A stretch of 54,832 nucleotides of DNA from a virus. Its lineage: Duplodnaviria; Caudoviricetes. A program made the translations under genes and the position numbers. Positions 44,867-52,689 of this stretch are shown here, one piece after another. The stretch spans positions 1 to 54,832 of IMG/VR virus record IMGVR_UViG_3300037124_000029, one strand, 5' to 3'. The notes beneath the pieces were generated by a model. That model was not told the DNA's origin. It saw only the letters and a program-made list of their open reading frames with translations, and did no database searches. Every line of letters starts with the position of its first letter. The first letter of the stretch is position 1.

Positions 44867-45577
44867 CTATTTTTTACAAAAGCAGTTGTATTCTACTGTG
44901 TTTTTATATATTCCTAGCTCTTCATTTATTTCATCCCTGGTACTTAACCTTTCTATCTTGCTCATAACCTTGCCTTCTTTTCTCAGCCTATTGGCTATCA
45001 TGCAAGCTTTTTTGTAAAATTCTTTGAAATCTGAATTAGTATACTTTATTATTTGTGTTTTTCTCAACGAAGAAATATATTCAAGGTAATCTTTACCATA
45101 TTCTTTTTTTATCCCTTCTCTGAAATTTGCATCATCGTTTTGAAAATGATTGCTTTGTGCTGATTGCCTGTGTATATTATGTAGGTTATATCTTATATTT
45201 GAATTGCCTCCCCTAGAAAATACGTGGCCGCCATGCATCTGCTTGGCATGTATTTTTTTCGATAAACAAGGCTGGCCAACATCTATCAATCTTGCTATTT
45301 CTTGTACTTTTTGTTGTAGCTTTTTGCTGTAATCTACATTGTTCTCCTTTTCTTCTTTCTTTTTTGCAACACTTTTTTTATGCTGAATCTTTTTCCCTCT
45401 TATAGAAGCCTTATTTAACACTTCTTTGCCCTCTTCTGTAGATATTAGCCATTTTTGATAACATCCACACTCAAATCCTAGCCCGTATTTTCTCCTTAAT
45501 TGCATCGAACCGCAACCATGTCCGGATGCTTTGCCGGTTCCACGGCATTTTTTTGGTTTTATTTGTATTGAGCTCAT
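44867..45577 (-). CDS. ninG: NinG/Rap-like recombination endonuclease
   Basis: ARLID.GQPCLS...HGGHVFSRG...IRYNLHNIHRQ...N...Y. Confidence 0.75.
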   Translation of the reverse strand: MSSIQIKPKKCRGTGKASGHGCGSMQLRRKYGLGFECGCYQKWLISTEEGKEVLNKASIRGKKIQHKKSVAKKKEEKENNVDYSKKLQQKVQEIARLIDVGQPCLSKKIHAKQMHGGHVFSRGGNSNIRYNLHNIHRQSAQSNHFQNDDANFREGIKKEYGKDYLEYISSLRKTQIIKYTNSDFKEFYKKACMIANRLRKEGKVMSKIERLSTRDEINEELGIYKNTVEYNCFCKK

Positions 45578-45897
45578 TAATTCAACATAAAATTAGCCTT
45601 GTATATTTTACCTGAATTTATGCACGTGCCATAAAAATGATGTGTTTTATAAAATCGAATCAACGATACATCTTTTTTTACAGAAATAATTCCAGTTTTC
45701 GATATAAACAGATCGCCTTTTTTAAATATTATCTTAGTCCAGGGAGCAATATGAATTTTAGCATCAAATTTAATCTCAAAATTATCGAAGGATTTGTTTA
45801 TCCTTTCCATGTGTTTTTCATATTTACCTTGATAGTTATCTATTTTAATTGGCTGATAAAATAGCCAATCTTTTATTATCTGCTTAATACTTTTCAT
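45577..45897 (-). CDS. Hypothetical protein
   Basis: TAATG-coupled to ninG. Confidence 0.55.
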   Translation of the reverse strand: MKSIKQIIKDWLFYQPIKIDNYQGKYEKHMERINKSFDNFEIKFDAKIHIAPWTKIIFKKGDLFISKTGIISVKKDVSLIRFYKTHHFYGTCINSGKIYKANFMLN

Positions 45898-45962
45898 TTT
45901 TTTACTGTATATCAGATGTTAGCCACAATTGAAGCGTGCTTTTGGGTTAAGTTTTTTTTTAT

Positions 45963-46370
45963 TTAAAACAACGTCAGTTGTTTAGCTACATCTTTTGTAA
46001 TTTTCTTAAATTGAATTGCATCAAAATTATAGTTTACTATATCAGCAATAACGATGGCGAAAGGATCGTTTTCAAATAAAGCTTTATAGTATCCATTAGC
46101 ATCATATTTCTCTTTTACTTTATCAAGTGTTTTATAAAAGCCTTCCCGGATATTTTTATCACCTAATTTTATAGTAAAATCAACTTCATAAGAATTATAC
46201 TCATTTCCTAAATTTTTTATAAAACTTTCGTGATCTTCTGTATAAAGTAGTTCAGCGAATTTTTCAGATTTTAGTTTATAGCAAAATAGAAATATAGTTG
46301 CAATTCTAAGTTTATCTTCTAAGTTATAAATAGACCTTGTTGTATCGTATATTATTTTTTCAATTTCCAT
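45963..46370 (-). CDS. Hypothetical protein
   Basis: 135-aa co-oriented ORF. Confidence 0.7.
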   Translation of the reverse strand: MEIEKIIYDTTRSIYNLEDKLRIATIFLFCYKLKSEKFAELLYTEDHESFIKNLGNEYNSYEVDFTIKLGDKNIREGFYKTLDKVKEKYDANGYYKALFENDPFAIVIADIVNYNFDAIQFKKITKDVAKQLTLF

Positions 46371-46534
46371 TGTTCTTTCGAGTTAAGTCTGCTTTTGTAA
46401 TTAGCCCCGCAGCCCTCACAATCCTCGCCGGGATTTGTTTTGTAATTTGGGTAATCCTCGCAATTACCGCTTACGCAGCACTTTGTTTTATAACCGCATG
46501 CTGGGCATAATGTTGTTTTATTCGTTATATCGAA
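46352..46534 (-). pseudogene. Headless Cys-rich open frame
   Basis: 60 open codons with no in-frame ATG: ...CPACGYKTKCCVSGNC...CEGCG... Confidence 0.35.
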
Positions 46535-46855
46535 TTAAGCCGACTTAATAAGTTTAAGGCTTTCTTCTCCGAAACCCGAAAAAGAATTAAAATTATAGCA
46601 TGTGTTTGGTTTTACAAATGCTTTTTGCCAAAGCTCCATTCCCTTGCTTCCAAGTACGTATAAAGGAGTTCCGTCACAATCTCTTACACATCCAATTACA
46701 TAAAGCCTCATACCTCCATATTTACAATCATCTCCCCAAGATATAATTTCAACCAGGTCATCTACTTTGTACTTGTGTTGTTTAGCATTATTTTCTTCTC
46801 TGTAAGTTTTACCCGTTTTAGGGTTTTTAAGATCTGCAATATTTATAAATTCCAT
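46535..46855 (-). CDS. Phage hypothetical protein
   Basis: GKTYREEN...DLVEI...RDCDGTPLY. Confidence 0.75.
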   Translation of the reverse strand: MEFINIADLKNPKTGKTYREENNAKQHKYKVDDLVEIISWGDDCKYGGMRLYVIGCVRDCDGTPLYVLGSKGMELWQKAFVKPNTCYNFNSFSGFGEESLKLIKSA

Positions 46856-47085
46856 GTTTATTTTTTTTTTACGTCAATAACTGTCCTGCATCAAAAGGCT
46901 ACAGGCTTTATCGATTTCATATGCGTCGAAATCATTTACTATCATGCCTCTTTTAAGCGCCTTTTCTTGTTTTTTTAGTAATTTTTCGGCCGATCTTGAG
47001 GCCTCGATCTGTTCTTCGTGTCTTTTTTCTAATTTCATTTTATTAGGGTAAAAAAGCCTTTTATTGACATGCTCAGGTCATATTG

Positions 47086-48168
47086 TTATTTCATTTCGTC
47101 TAGTGCCAAAATTAGCATTGCTGTCGCCCACCCAAGGGGGGTGTTGTCATTAGGCGTGTCTGTTTCTGAATAATAAAGCTCCGGGACTTCATTGTTCTTT
47201 GTTACCGTATTTAATGCCAAATCAACGTATTCATTTGCAATTGCATTGCAACCTGTATGTTTTAATGCCAATGCGATAAACGTAAAACCAAAACACCACT
47301 CGGCTTCATTGCCTTCGTATTTAAATTTTTGACTATCATGAAATCTACCATATCTTACAGCATCATCATGATTTGCAATGTTGTAATAGGCGTCACCTAC
47401 GTATCTAGCAAAACCATGTTCTTTCTGTAAAACCCGGATGCAATTAAAGATAACAATACGCGTTTGCTCTTCATTTAATACATTGAATGGATAAATCAGC
47501 GTAATAAGAGCTAAATCCGTGCATTTCGTTTTAGATTCCCTGAAAAAAGAATTGTTTATTACTTTTTGACCGTTATCGATCAAGTGTTGAGGCACATGAT
47601 AACCTACAGTTTGAATAGCTTTTAATCCTCCCAAAATAGCACCTACGGAAGAAGTATGTACTTCTGTGTTTTCTTCCCAAATGCCTTGATCTTGACAATC
47701 ATGATAATTTATACTGTCAATAACAGATATCAGCTTGTAGATCATATCTTTGTCGGCATCATGCCGGATTATTTTATATCCAGCTTTTATTCCATCAGCA
47801 ATGCCTAGTAATAAATACCCTAAAGTATCGAGTTGAACGTTTCCCCATTCCGGAGTAATTTCGTTCAAATCTGAGTAAAACCTTGGGTGTATAAATTCAT
47901 GCGAATTTACAGCACCCCTTCCTTTATTGATAATATTTGTTATTTTACCGTTATAATTATGCTCGATGTGGTGAAGATAATCAAGCAATGAATGATACGT
48001 TTGCGTATACATCTCCTCATTGTGATATAAATGTTGCCGTACTTGGTAAAATGTATCCCGTATCCATACATAATTTCGATAATGTTCGCCAGTTGCCGCA
48101 ACATAAAGGCCATTATCAAGTCTTAATGTTTTGTTTGTTCTAAGCAATTCTTCTCTAGTCGTTTTCAT
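47086..48168 (-). CDS. Glycoside hydrolase family 15 (glucoamylase / phosphorylase-kinase-like)
   Basis: YVWIRD, QLD, DQGIWEE, HTSSVGA, RYVGDAY, EAEW, PELY, TPLGWA. Confidence 0.85.
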   Translation of the reverse strand: MKTTREELLRTNKTLRLDNGLYVAATGEHYRNYVWIRDTFYQVRQHLYHNEEMYTQTYHSLLDYLHHIEHNYNGKITNIINKGRGAVNSHEFIHPRFYSDLNEITPEWGNVQLDTLGYLLLGIADGIKAGYKIIRHDADKDMIYKLISVIDSINYHDCQDQGIWEENTEVHTSSVGAILGGLKAIQTVGYHVPQHLIDNGQKVINNSFFRESKTKCTDLALITLIYPFNVLNEEQTRIVIFNCIRVLQKEHGFARYVGDAYYNIANHDDAVRYGRFHDSQKFKYEGNEAEWCFGFTFIALALKHTGCNAIANEYVDLALNTVTKNNEVPELYYSETDTPNDNTPLGWATAMLILALDEMK

Positions 48169-48199
48169 TTTATTTGTTAGTTATGATTTACTTTTTTAA

Positions 48200-48736
48200 C
48201 TATTTTGACTCATATACTGGAGTTAACTCTAGTTTTCGTCCCGAAGAACCATATCTCAGGTAGTATTCAAGTGTTTTGTCTCTTGATAAAATTACATTTA
48301 CACCATCGGCATTTATATCAACATTGTTGCCGTTTTCATCTATAAAATGTGAGATATGAGGCACGACAACATGTATATTGTCATTACTTTTTATTCCCTC
48401 TTCTGATTTATTTGAAGCAAAACGGTTACAATTATTTTTAAGCACCTTAAATCCTTGCTCTATTGTATCAATTTTATTCATAATATTGTCTATTATATTT
48501 ACAACAGAACTTTGTTGTTGCTGTCTTTCAATAGCACGCTCAATATCAACAATAAATGCTCTGTATTCAGCAGCTTTAATCTTTAAACGAACTTCTCTTT
48601 TTTCGTGCATAAGACTACCATTATTATCTTGCTCATACATAAGAGCCTCTACGTTTTTTAATTTACGTTTGTAATCTTCTAATAATGTTTGCATTTTTTT
48701 TATATTAAAATTGACTTCTTCCTTGACGCCTGTCAT
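48200..48736 (-). CDS. Hypothetical coiled-coil protein
   Basis: Co-oriented; contains a degenerate core-like junction NIHVVVP. Confidence 0.6.
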   Translation of the reverse strand: MTGVKEEVNFNIKKMQTLLEDYKRKLKNVEALMYEQDNNGSLMHEKREVRLKIKAAEYRAFIVDIERAIERQQQQSSVVNIIDNIMNKIDTIEQGFKVLKNNCNRFASNKSEEGIKSNDNIHVVVPHISHFIDENGNNVDINADGVNVILSRDKTLEYYLRYGSSGRKLELTPVYESK

Positions 48737-48989
48737 TAGATATCAACATTTCACCAGGTCTTTTTAAGTGACTTTTATCTATTCTGACAGGAGTTTCTTT
48801 TAACCCGTTACAAGCATTTATAACTTTATACTTTTTCATATTCTTAGAATAACCAACAATAATTCTATCGTTGTAATTGCATTCGCACAATTGTTCTGTA
48901 GATGCGCATGAAAGACACATAACGCCTAATATTACCAATAACAACATCAATAATATAATTCTTTGCCTATGTATGTATCTCAGTTCCAT
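48705..48989 (-). CDS. Putative lipoprotein
   Basis: Hydrophobic stretch ending in a CLSC lipobox-like motif. Confidence 0.5.
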   Translation of the reverse strand: MELRYIHRQRIILLMLLLVILGVMCLSCASTEQLCECNYNDRIIVGYSKNMKKYKVINACNGLKETPVRIDKSHLKRPGEMLISNDRRQGRSQF

Positions 48990-49194
48990 TTAAATGTTTA
49001 ATTTGGTTTATTTTTAAAATTAGTTCATGCTGTGTTGATATACAGCTTACAACAACATCGTGTGTCGTAAAATCTTTTATTATTACAGTATCTTCACTTT
49101 CAAACAAGACATATTTCCTGTCTATTTTATATCCTATATTAACTTTTTTTCCTTGTAAACTTTTTAACTTTAAAAATATTGCATTGTTTTGCAT
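48967..49194 (-). CDS. Hypothetical protein
   Basis: Co-oriented ORF. Confidence 0.55.
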   Translation of the reverse strand: MQNNAIFLKLKSLQGKKVNIGYKIDRKYVLFESEDTVIIKDFTTHDVVVSCISTQHELILKINQIKHLNGTEIHT

Positions 49195-49465
49195 CGCTTA
49201 TGATTTTATTAACTTTTACGTTAGATGGTATTTCACTTAATTTTGATAAAAATCGTATCCAGAATATGATATGTTTCCTGTATTCTTCTTTATTTGTTAT
49301 CATCTCTGAAAAAAGGGCCCAATCTAATGAGTCGAAATTATTCATCTCATGAAGAGTTATTTTTTCAAAATTTTTTCTTGCTATTTTATTTGTATAAATA
49401 GCATGCCCGTAGTTTATAAATTTTATTCTTGTTTGAATATCCATATTAGCAGCAGTTTGGCACAT
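49139..49465 (-). CDS. Hypothetical protein
   Basis: Co-oriented ORF. Confidence 0.55.
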   Translation of the reverse strand: MCQTAANMDIQTRIKFINYGHAIYTNKIARKNFEKITLHEMNNFDSLDWALFSEMITNKEEYRKHIIFWIRFLSKLSEIPSNVKVNKIISDAKQCNIFKVKKFTRKKS

Positions 49466-49477
49466 AAGGTAAGGATT

Positions 49478-49714
49478 TTAATAGTTACATTCAAGAATGA
49501 AATTCTTTTCTTCGCAAAACATAAATGCTTGCTGGAAGATGCTGTCAACTTCCCGGATAAAATCGTCCAGATCCATCGAACATTCTTCGAAAGGATTTAT
49601 AATAGTCAAATGAGCTGTTTTACTGCTGTCTACAACTAGACAGCCTACCAAAGGATAAAGATCTTTTGATTCTGAATCAAAATTTTTTATTTCTAAAATT
49701 TGACGTGGTCCCAT
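49478..49714 (-). CDS. Hypothetical protein
   Basis: Co-oriented ORF. Confidence 0.6.
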   Translation of the reverse strand: MGPRQILEIKNFDSESKDLYPLVGCLVVDSSKTAHLTIINPFEECSMDLDDFIREVDSIFQQAFMFCEEKNFILECNY

Positions 49715-49905
49715 GGTTTTAGTTTTATTTTAATAATGTTAATTGTCTTTGTATCTGTTCCTTAAAATAAGAACGGCAAGCATCAAGTTCTTCCGCTTGT
49801 AAAGAGAATAATTTGTTTAATTCTCTAAACTTTTTGGTTTCTGGTGATTCAGGTAAATAATACATTTTTTAAACATCTAAAAAATTGTTATCAGTAGGTA
49901 GTTTC

Positions 49906-50295
49906 TTATTTTACTATATAATTACCTTGCGATACTTTCCATTCATCCACTCCGCGTTGTTGGCAGTAGCGATCTTTTTTCTTCATTGAGCCTTTTCCAG
50001 AAATAGCACGATAACCTTCAATAAATTCAGTAGTTACTTCTACTTTTGAAATAATAATTGGTGGTACATATTCTTCATCTGGAAAATCATTTATTATTTC
50101 TGAAAATATTTCAACCTCTAAGTCGTGTTTTTCACAATATCTTTCAATTTGACCAACAACGCTTAATTTATTTCCGCAAGCATCAATAGTATAAAGTTCT
50201 ACATCACTAGCACCTCTAATTCTATCCATTGAAAAATTAGGCTCGTGATCTGATACTCTAATTTTTAATCCGTTTATTTTATAGTAAGTGCTCAT
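49906..50295 (-). CDS. Hypothetical protein behind the repeated promoter
   Basis: KIRVSDHEP motif; downstream of promoter copy 3. Confidence 0.75.
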   Translation of the reverse strand: MSTYYKINGLKIRVSDHEPNFSMDRIRGASDVELYTIDACGNKLSVVGQIERYCEKHDLEVEIFSEIINDFPDEEYVPPIIISKVEVTTEFIEGYRAISGKGSMKKKDRYCQQRGVDEWKVSQGNYIVK

Positions 50296-50304
50296 TTTGA
50301 TTGT

Positions 50305-50375
50305 TTTTTATGTTGTTTCTATATTCAAATATACGAACTTTTTTTGAATATGTTGCAAACTTTTTGATGCTTTTT
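50305..50375 (-). promoter_or_regulatory. 71-bp repeated promoter+leader cassette, copy 3
   Basis: Near-identical to copies 1 and 2. Confidence 0.85.
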
Positions 50376-50695
50376 TAGTTTTTTATCATTTTAAATATTA
50401 TAACATCTTCATCACTGTTTTTCATGTCAATTGTATAAAGGCCTATAGATATTTTTTCTGATGTAAAATGCAGGGTGCAATAATTTTTAGATAATATTGA
50501 AAACCTGTGTGTTTTGCCTCCAAAATCCAAAATAGGAAAAGTTATATGCATAATATCTTGATAGAAATGAAGTACAACACTTGCATCTTTTCCTACATTA
50601 AAATGCTCCAAAGCCGTAGCTGGAATATGAAATTTGCGCCCGTATTCTGAATCTGATTTTTTTAAGCATTTACAAATAAAACTTTTTTGTGTCAT
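50375..50695 (-). CDS. Hypothetical protein
   Basis: Co-oriented ORF. Confidence 0.6.
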   Translation of the reverse strand: MTQKSFICKCLKKSDSEYGRKFHIPATALEHFNVGKDASVVLHFYQDIMHITFPILDFGGKTHRFSILSKNYCTLHFTSEKISIGLYTIDMKNSDEDVIIFKMIKN

Positions 50696-50946
50696 ATGTA
50701 ATGCATTTTTAATTGTTAATGTTGTAAAAATGTTTTATCTTTCGAGCTTTTTTCGCCATTTTCAACGAAATTAAATTTCGTTGATAGCTTTTTGCACTTT
50801 TTTCTTTATGTCATCAACATGTCGGCTCATCATAGCTTTTAACATGTTGGTTAATGTTTCTTTTTCTTCTCCCCCAAACTTGTTTACTATTTCATTGAAT
50901 ATTTTTTGTTGAGGTGTAATATCTTCTTTCATAATTATTAAATTTT

Positions 50947-51276
50947 TTACTTATCTTCTTTACATTCAACAGCCTTTAAGCGCAATGTTAATTTTTCACC
51001 GTGGTTATATGTTACACGGGAATGATAACGGCAAATGCCGTTAATCCAATTTCTAGGTGAATAATCGCTACAATCAGATTTCCCGCATAGTAAAAAATCT
51101 TTATCTCCACAAAACTTATGTTTTTTGCACCAAAAAATACCACCTCCTATTATTTCCGGAATTGCTTCGTATACTTCGATCTCTGAAAGATTATTATCTT
51201 TCATATACTTATCAAAGTATTCAATACTTTTACATGTTATAGATGATTTCCGCTTAAAATAAAATTTTGTTTTCAT
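50947..51276 (-). CDS. Cys-rich hypothetical protein
   Basis: FWC...CGKSDCSDYSPRNWINGICRY. Confidence 0.7.
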   Translation of the reverse strand: MKTKFYFKRKSSITCKSIEYFDKYMKDNNLSEIEVYEAIPEIIGGGIFWCKKHKFCGDKDFLLCGKSDCSDYSPRNWINGICRYHSRVTYNHGEKLTLRLKAVECKEDK

Positions 51277-51333
51277 AATTGTTTAAATATTAATTGATAC
51301 TTTTATGTTAGAGGACGGAATATACCGCCAACT

Positions 51334-51570
51334 CTAACTAATATCATCAATCTCAACCTCCCAATCCATACTGTCACGCTCACTGATATTTGTATCTAAC
51401 CACTCTGATACTTCTACATTATCTATCTCACTAGGGTTAATTTCTGTGCCGGTTTCACATGCTTTTACCATTTGATCATAGACTTCTTTGGGAATATTTA
51501 ATTCTCCTAGCCCAACTCTGTATTTTACTGTTACTGTTAGTTTATCTACTTTTATTACACTTTTGTTCAT
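51334..51570 (-). CDS. Hypothetical protein
   Basis: Starts after a conserved left-arm element. Confidence 0.7.
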   Translation of the reverse strand: MNKSVIKVDKLTVTVKYRVGLGELNIPKEVYDQMVKACETGTEINPSEIDNVEVSEWLDTNISERDSMDWEVEIDDIS

Positions 51571-51822
51571 AATATTGTTTGTTAGTTATGTACTACGTTT
51601 ATTCTCGTGTTAGCCACGCTAAAATCTAACATTACAATATCCACTTTCCCACATTGCACGTTCTAAAGCTTCATAAGCTTCATCTTCTGTCATTTGCTCG
51701 TAGTCTTTTACTGTGCATACACAAAACTCGCACTCAGATCCTACTTTGTTCGTTGAAACTGTACCCATCACATAACCATTTTTTACTGTTATTTTCATAT
51801 TTATTTTTAATTACTGTTAAAA

Positions 51823-52038
51823 CTATTCTGTGTAAGATACTAAGTCTTTAGGCTGCATACAAAATTTAGCCGAATCGCTTAAACGTATAACTTTTATTGG
51901 GTGATCGTAATCCCAATAAAAACCTAGTACTCTCATCTCACCATTGCCTTTCCAATTCGTCGTGCAGGAATCGCCAACACATAACACGGTGTTATCCGCA
52001 ATAGTTACTTTATTTTTTGTGTAGATACTTTTAGCCAT
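51823..52038 (-). CDS. Hypothetical protein
   Basis: Co-oriented ORF. Confidence 0.6.
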   Translation of the reverse strand: MAKSIYTKNKVTIADNTVLCVGDSCTTNWKGNGEMRVLGFYWDYDHPIKVIRLSDSAKFCMQPKDLVSYTE

Positions 52039-52083
52039 TTATTTAATGAATTTATTTTTAATTACTGTTTTCCCGGCCCTATG

Positions 52084-52275
52084 TTAATCATGCCAAACCA
52101 CTTCATGTGTTTTTGCCTTATATTTATGCTGTTCAATATACTTTATAGCATCCTCTAATTTTAGGAATATCATCGGACTACGCATTAGTCGCCAAAATGG
52201 CCACCATAACTGAAAGACTTGGCATTCATAAACTGAATAACTCATACGTACTACTCTGTAGTTTACTAATTTCAT
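52084..52275 (-). CDS. Hypothetical protein
   Basis: Co-oriented ORF. Confidence 0.6.
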   Translation of the reverse strand: MKLVNYRVVRMSYSVYECQVFQLWWPFWRLMRSPMIFLKLEDAIKYIEQHKYKAKTHEVVWHD

Positions 52276-52287
52276 TTTTATTTGTTT

Positions 52288-52689
52288 TTAAAATATTTCT
52301 CCATCATCAAATATACCGTATTGTATCATTTTAGGTAATTTAGGACATTCAATTTGTCTCATAATATATGAAGCATTAATTTCGAATATTACTGGGTTTT
52401 GTTCAGTAACAAAAAAATAATACATCATATCGTTTAGTTTATTTCCTGTCAAAGGTGATTTATAACAAATCTCATATATATGCTTAAGCCCATTATCGTC
52501 ATAAACTGTTATGTCAGGTTTAAACATTATCTTACCTTCAAGGATAAAGGATTCTTCTAATCTCAAAGAATGTATATTATCTAAATTAAATCTTTCCGGA
52601 AAAGATAATATCCAATTTGATAAAACTTTTTTAGAATGCAAGTGCATGTAACTTTCTATCTCTTTAAAATGGTGCTGTTTCATTTTCAC
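52288..52689 (-). CDS. Putative PD-(D/E)XK nuclease
   Basis: LEE...FKPDITVY...IYEICYKSP. Confidence 0.6.
   Translation of the reverse strand: MKMKQHHFKEIESYMHLHSKKVLSNWILSFPERFNLDNIHSLRLEESFILEGKIMFKPDITVYDDNGLKHIYEICYKSPLTGNKLNDMMYYFFVTEQNPVIFEINASYIMRQIECPKLPKMIQYGIFDDGEIF

Noticed and set aside
8147-50375. CRISPR array interpretation of the repeats
   Set aside because: Copies are 71 bp, kilobases apart and not regularly spaced; no cas operon. The PD-(D/E)XK domain lacks the Cas4 Fe-S cysteines
51975-51998. Extra attC core in ORF 51823..52038 (GTTATGT)
   Set aside because: No matching 10-bp complementary partner found, and a different codon phase; may be chance
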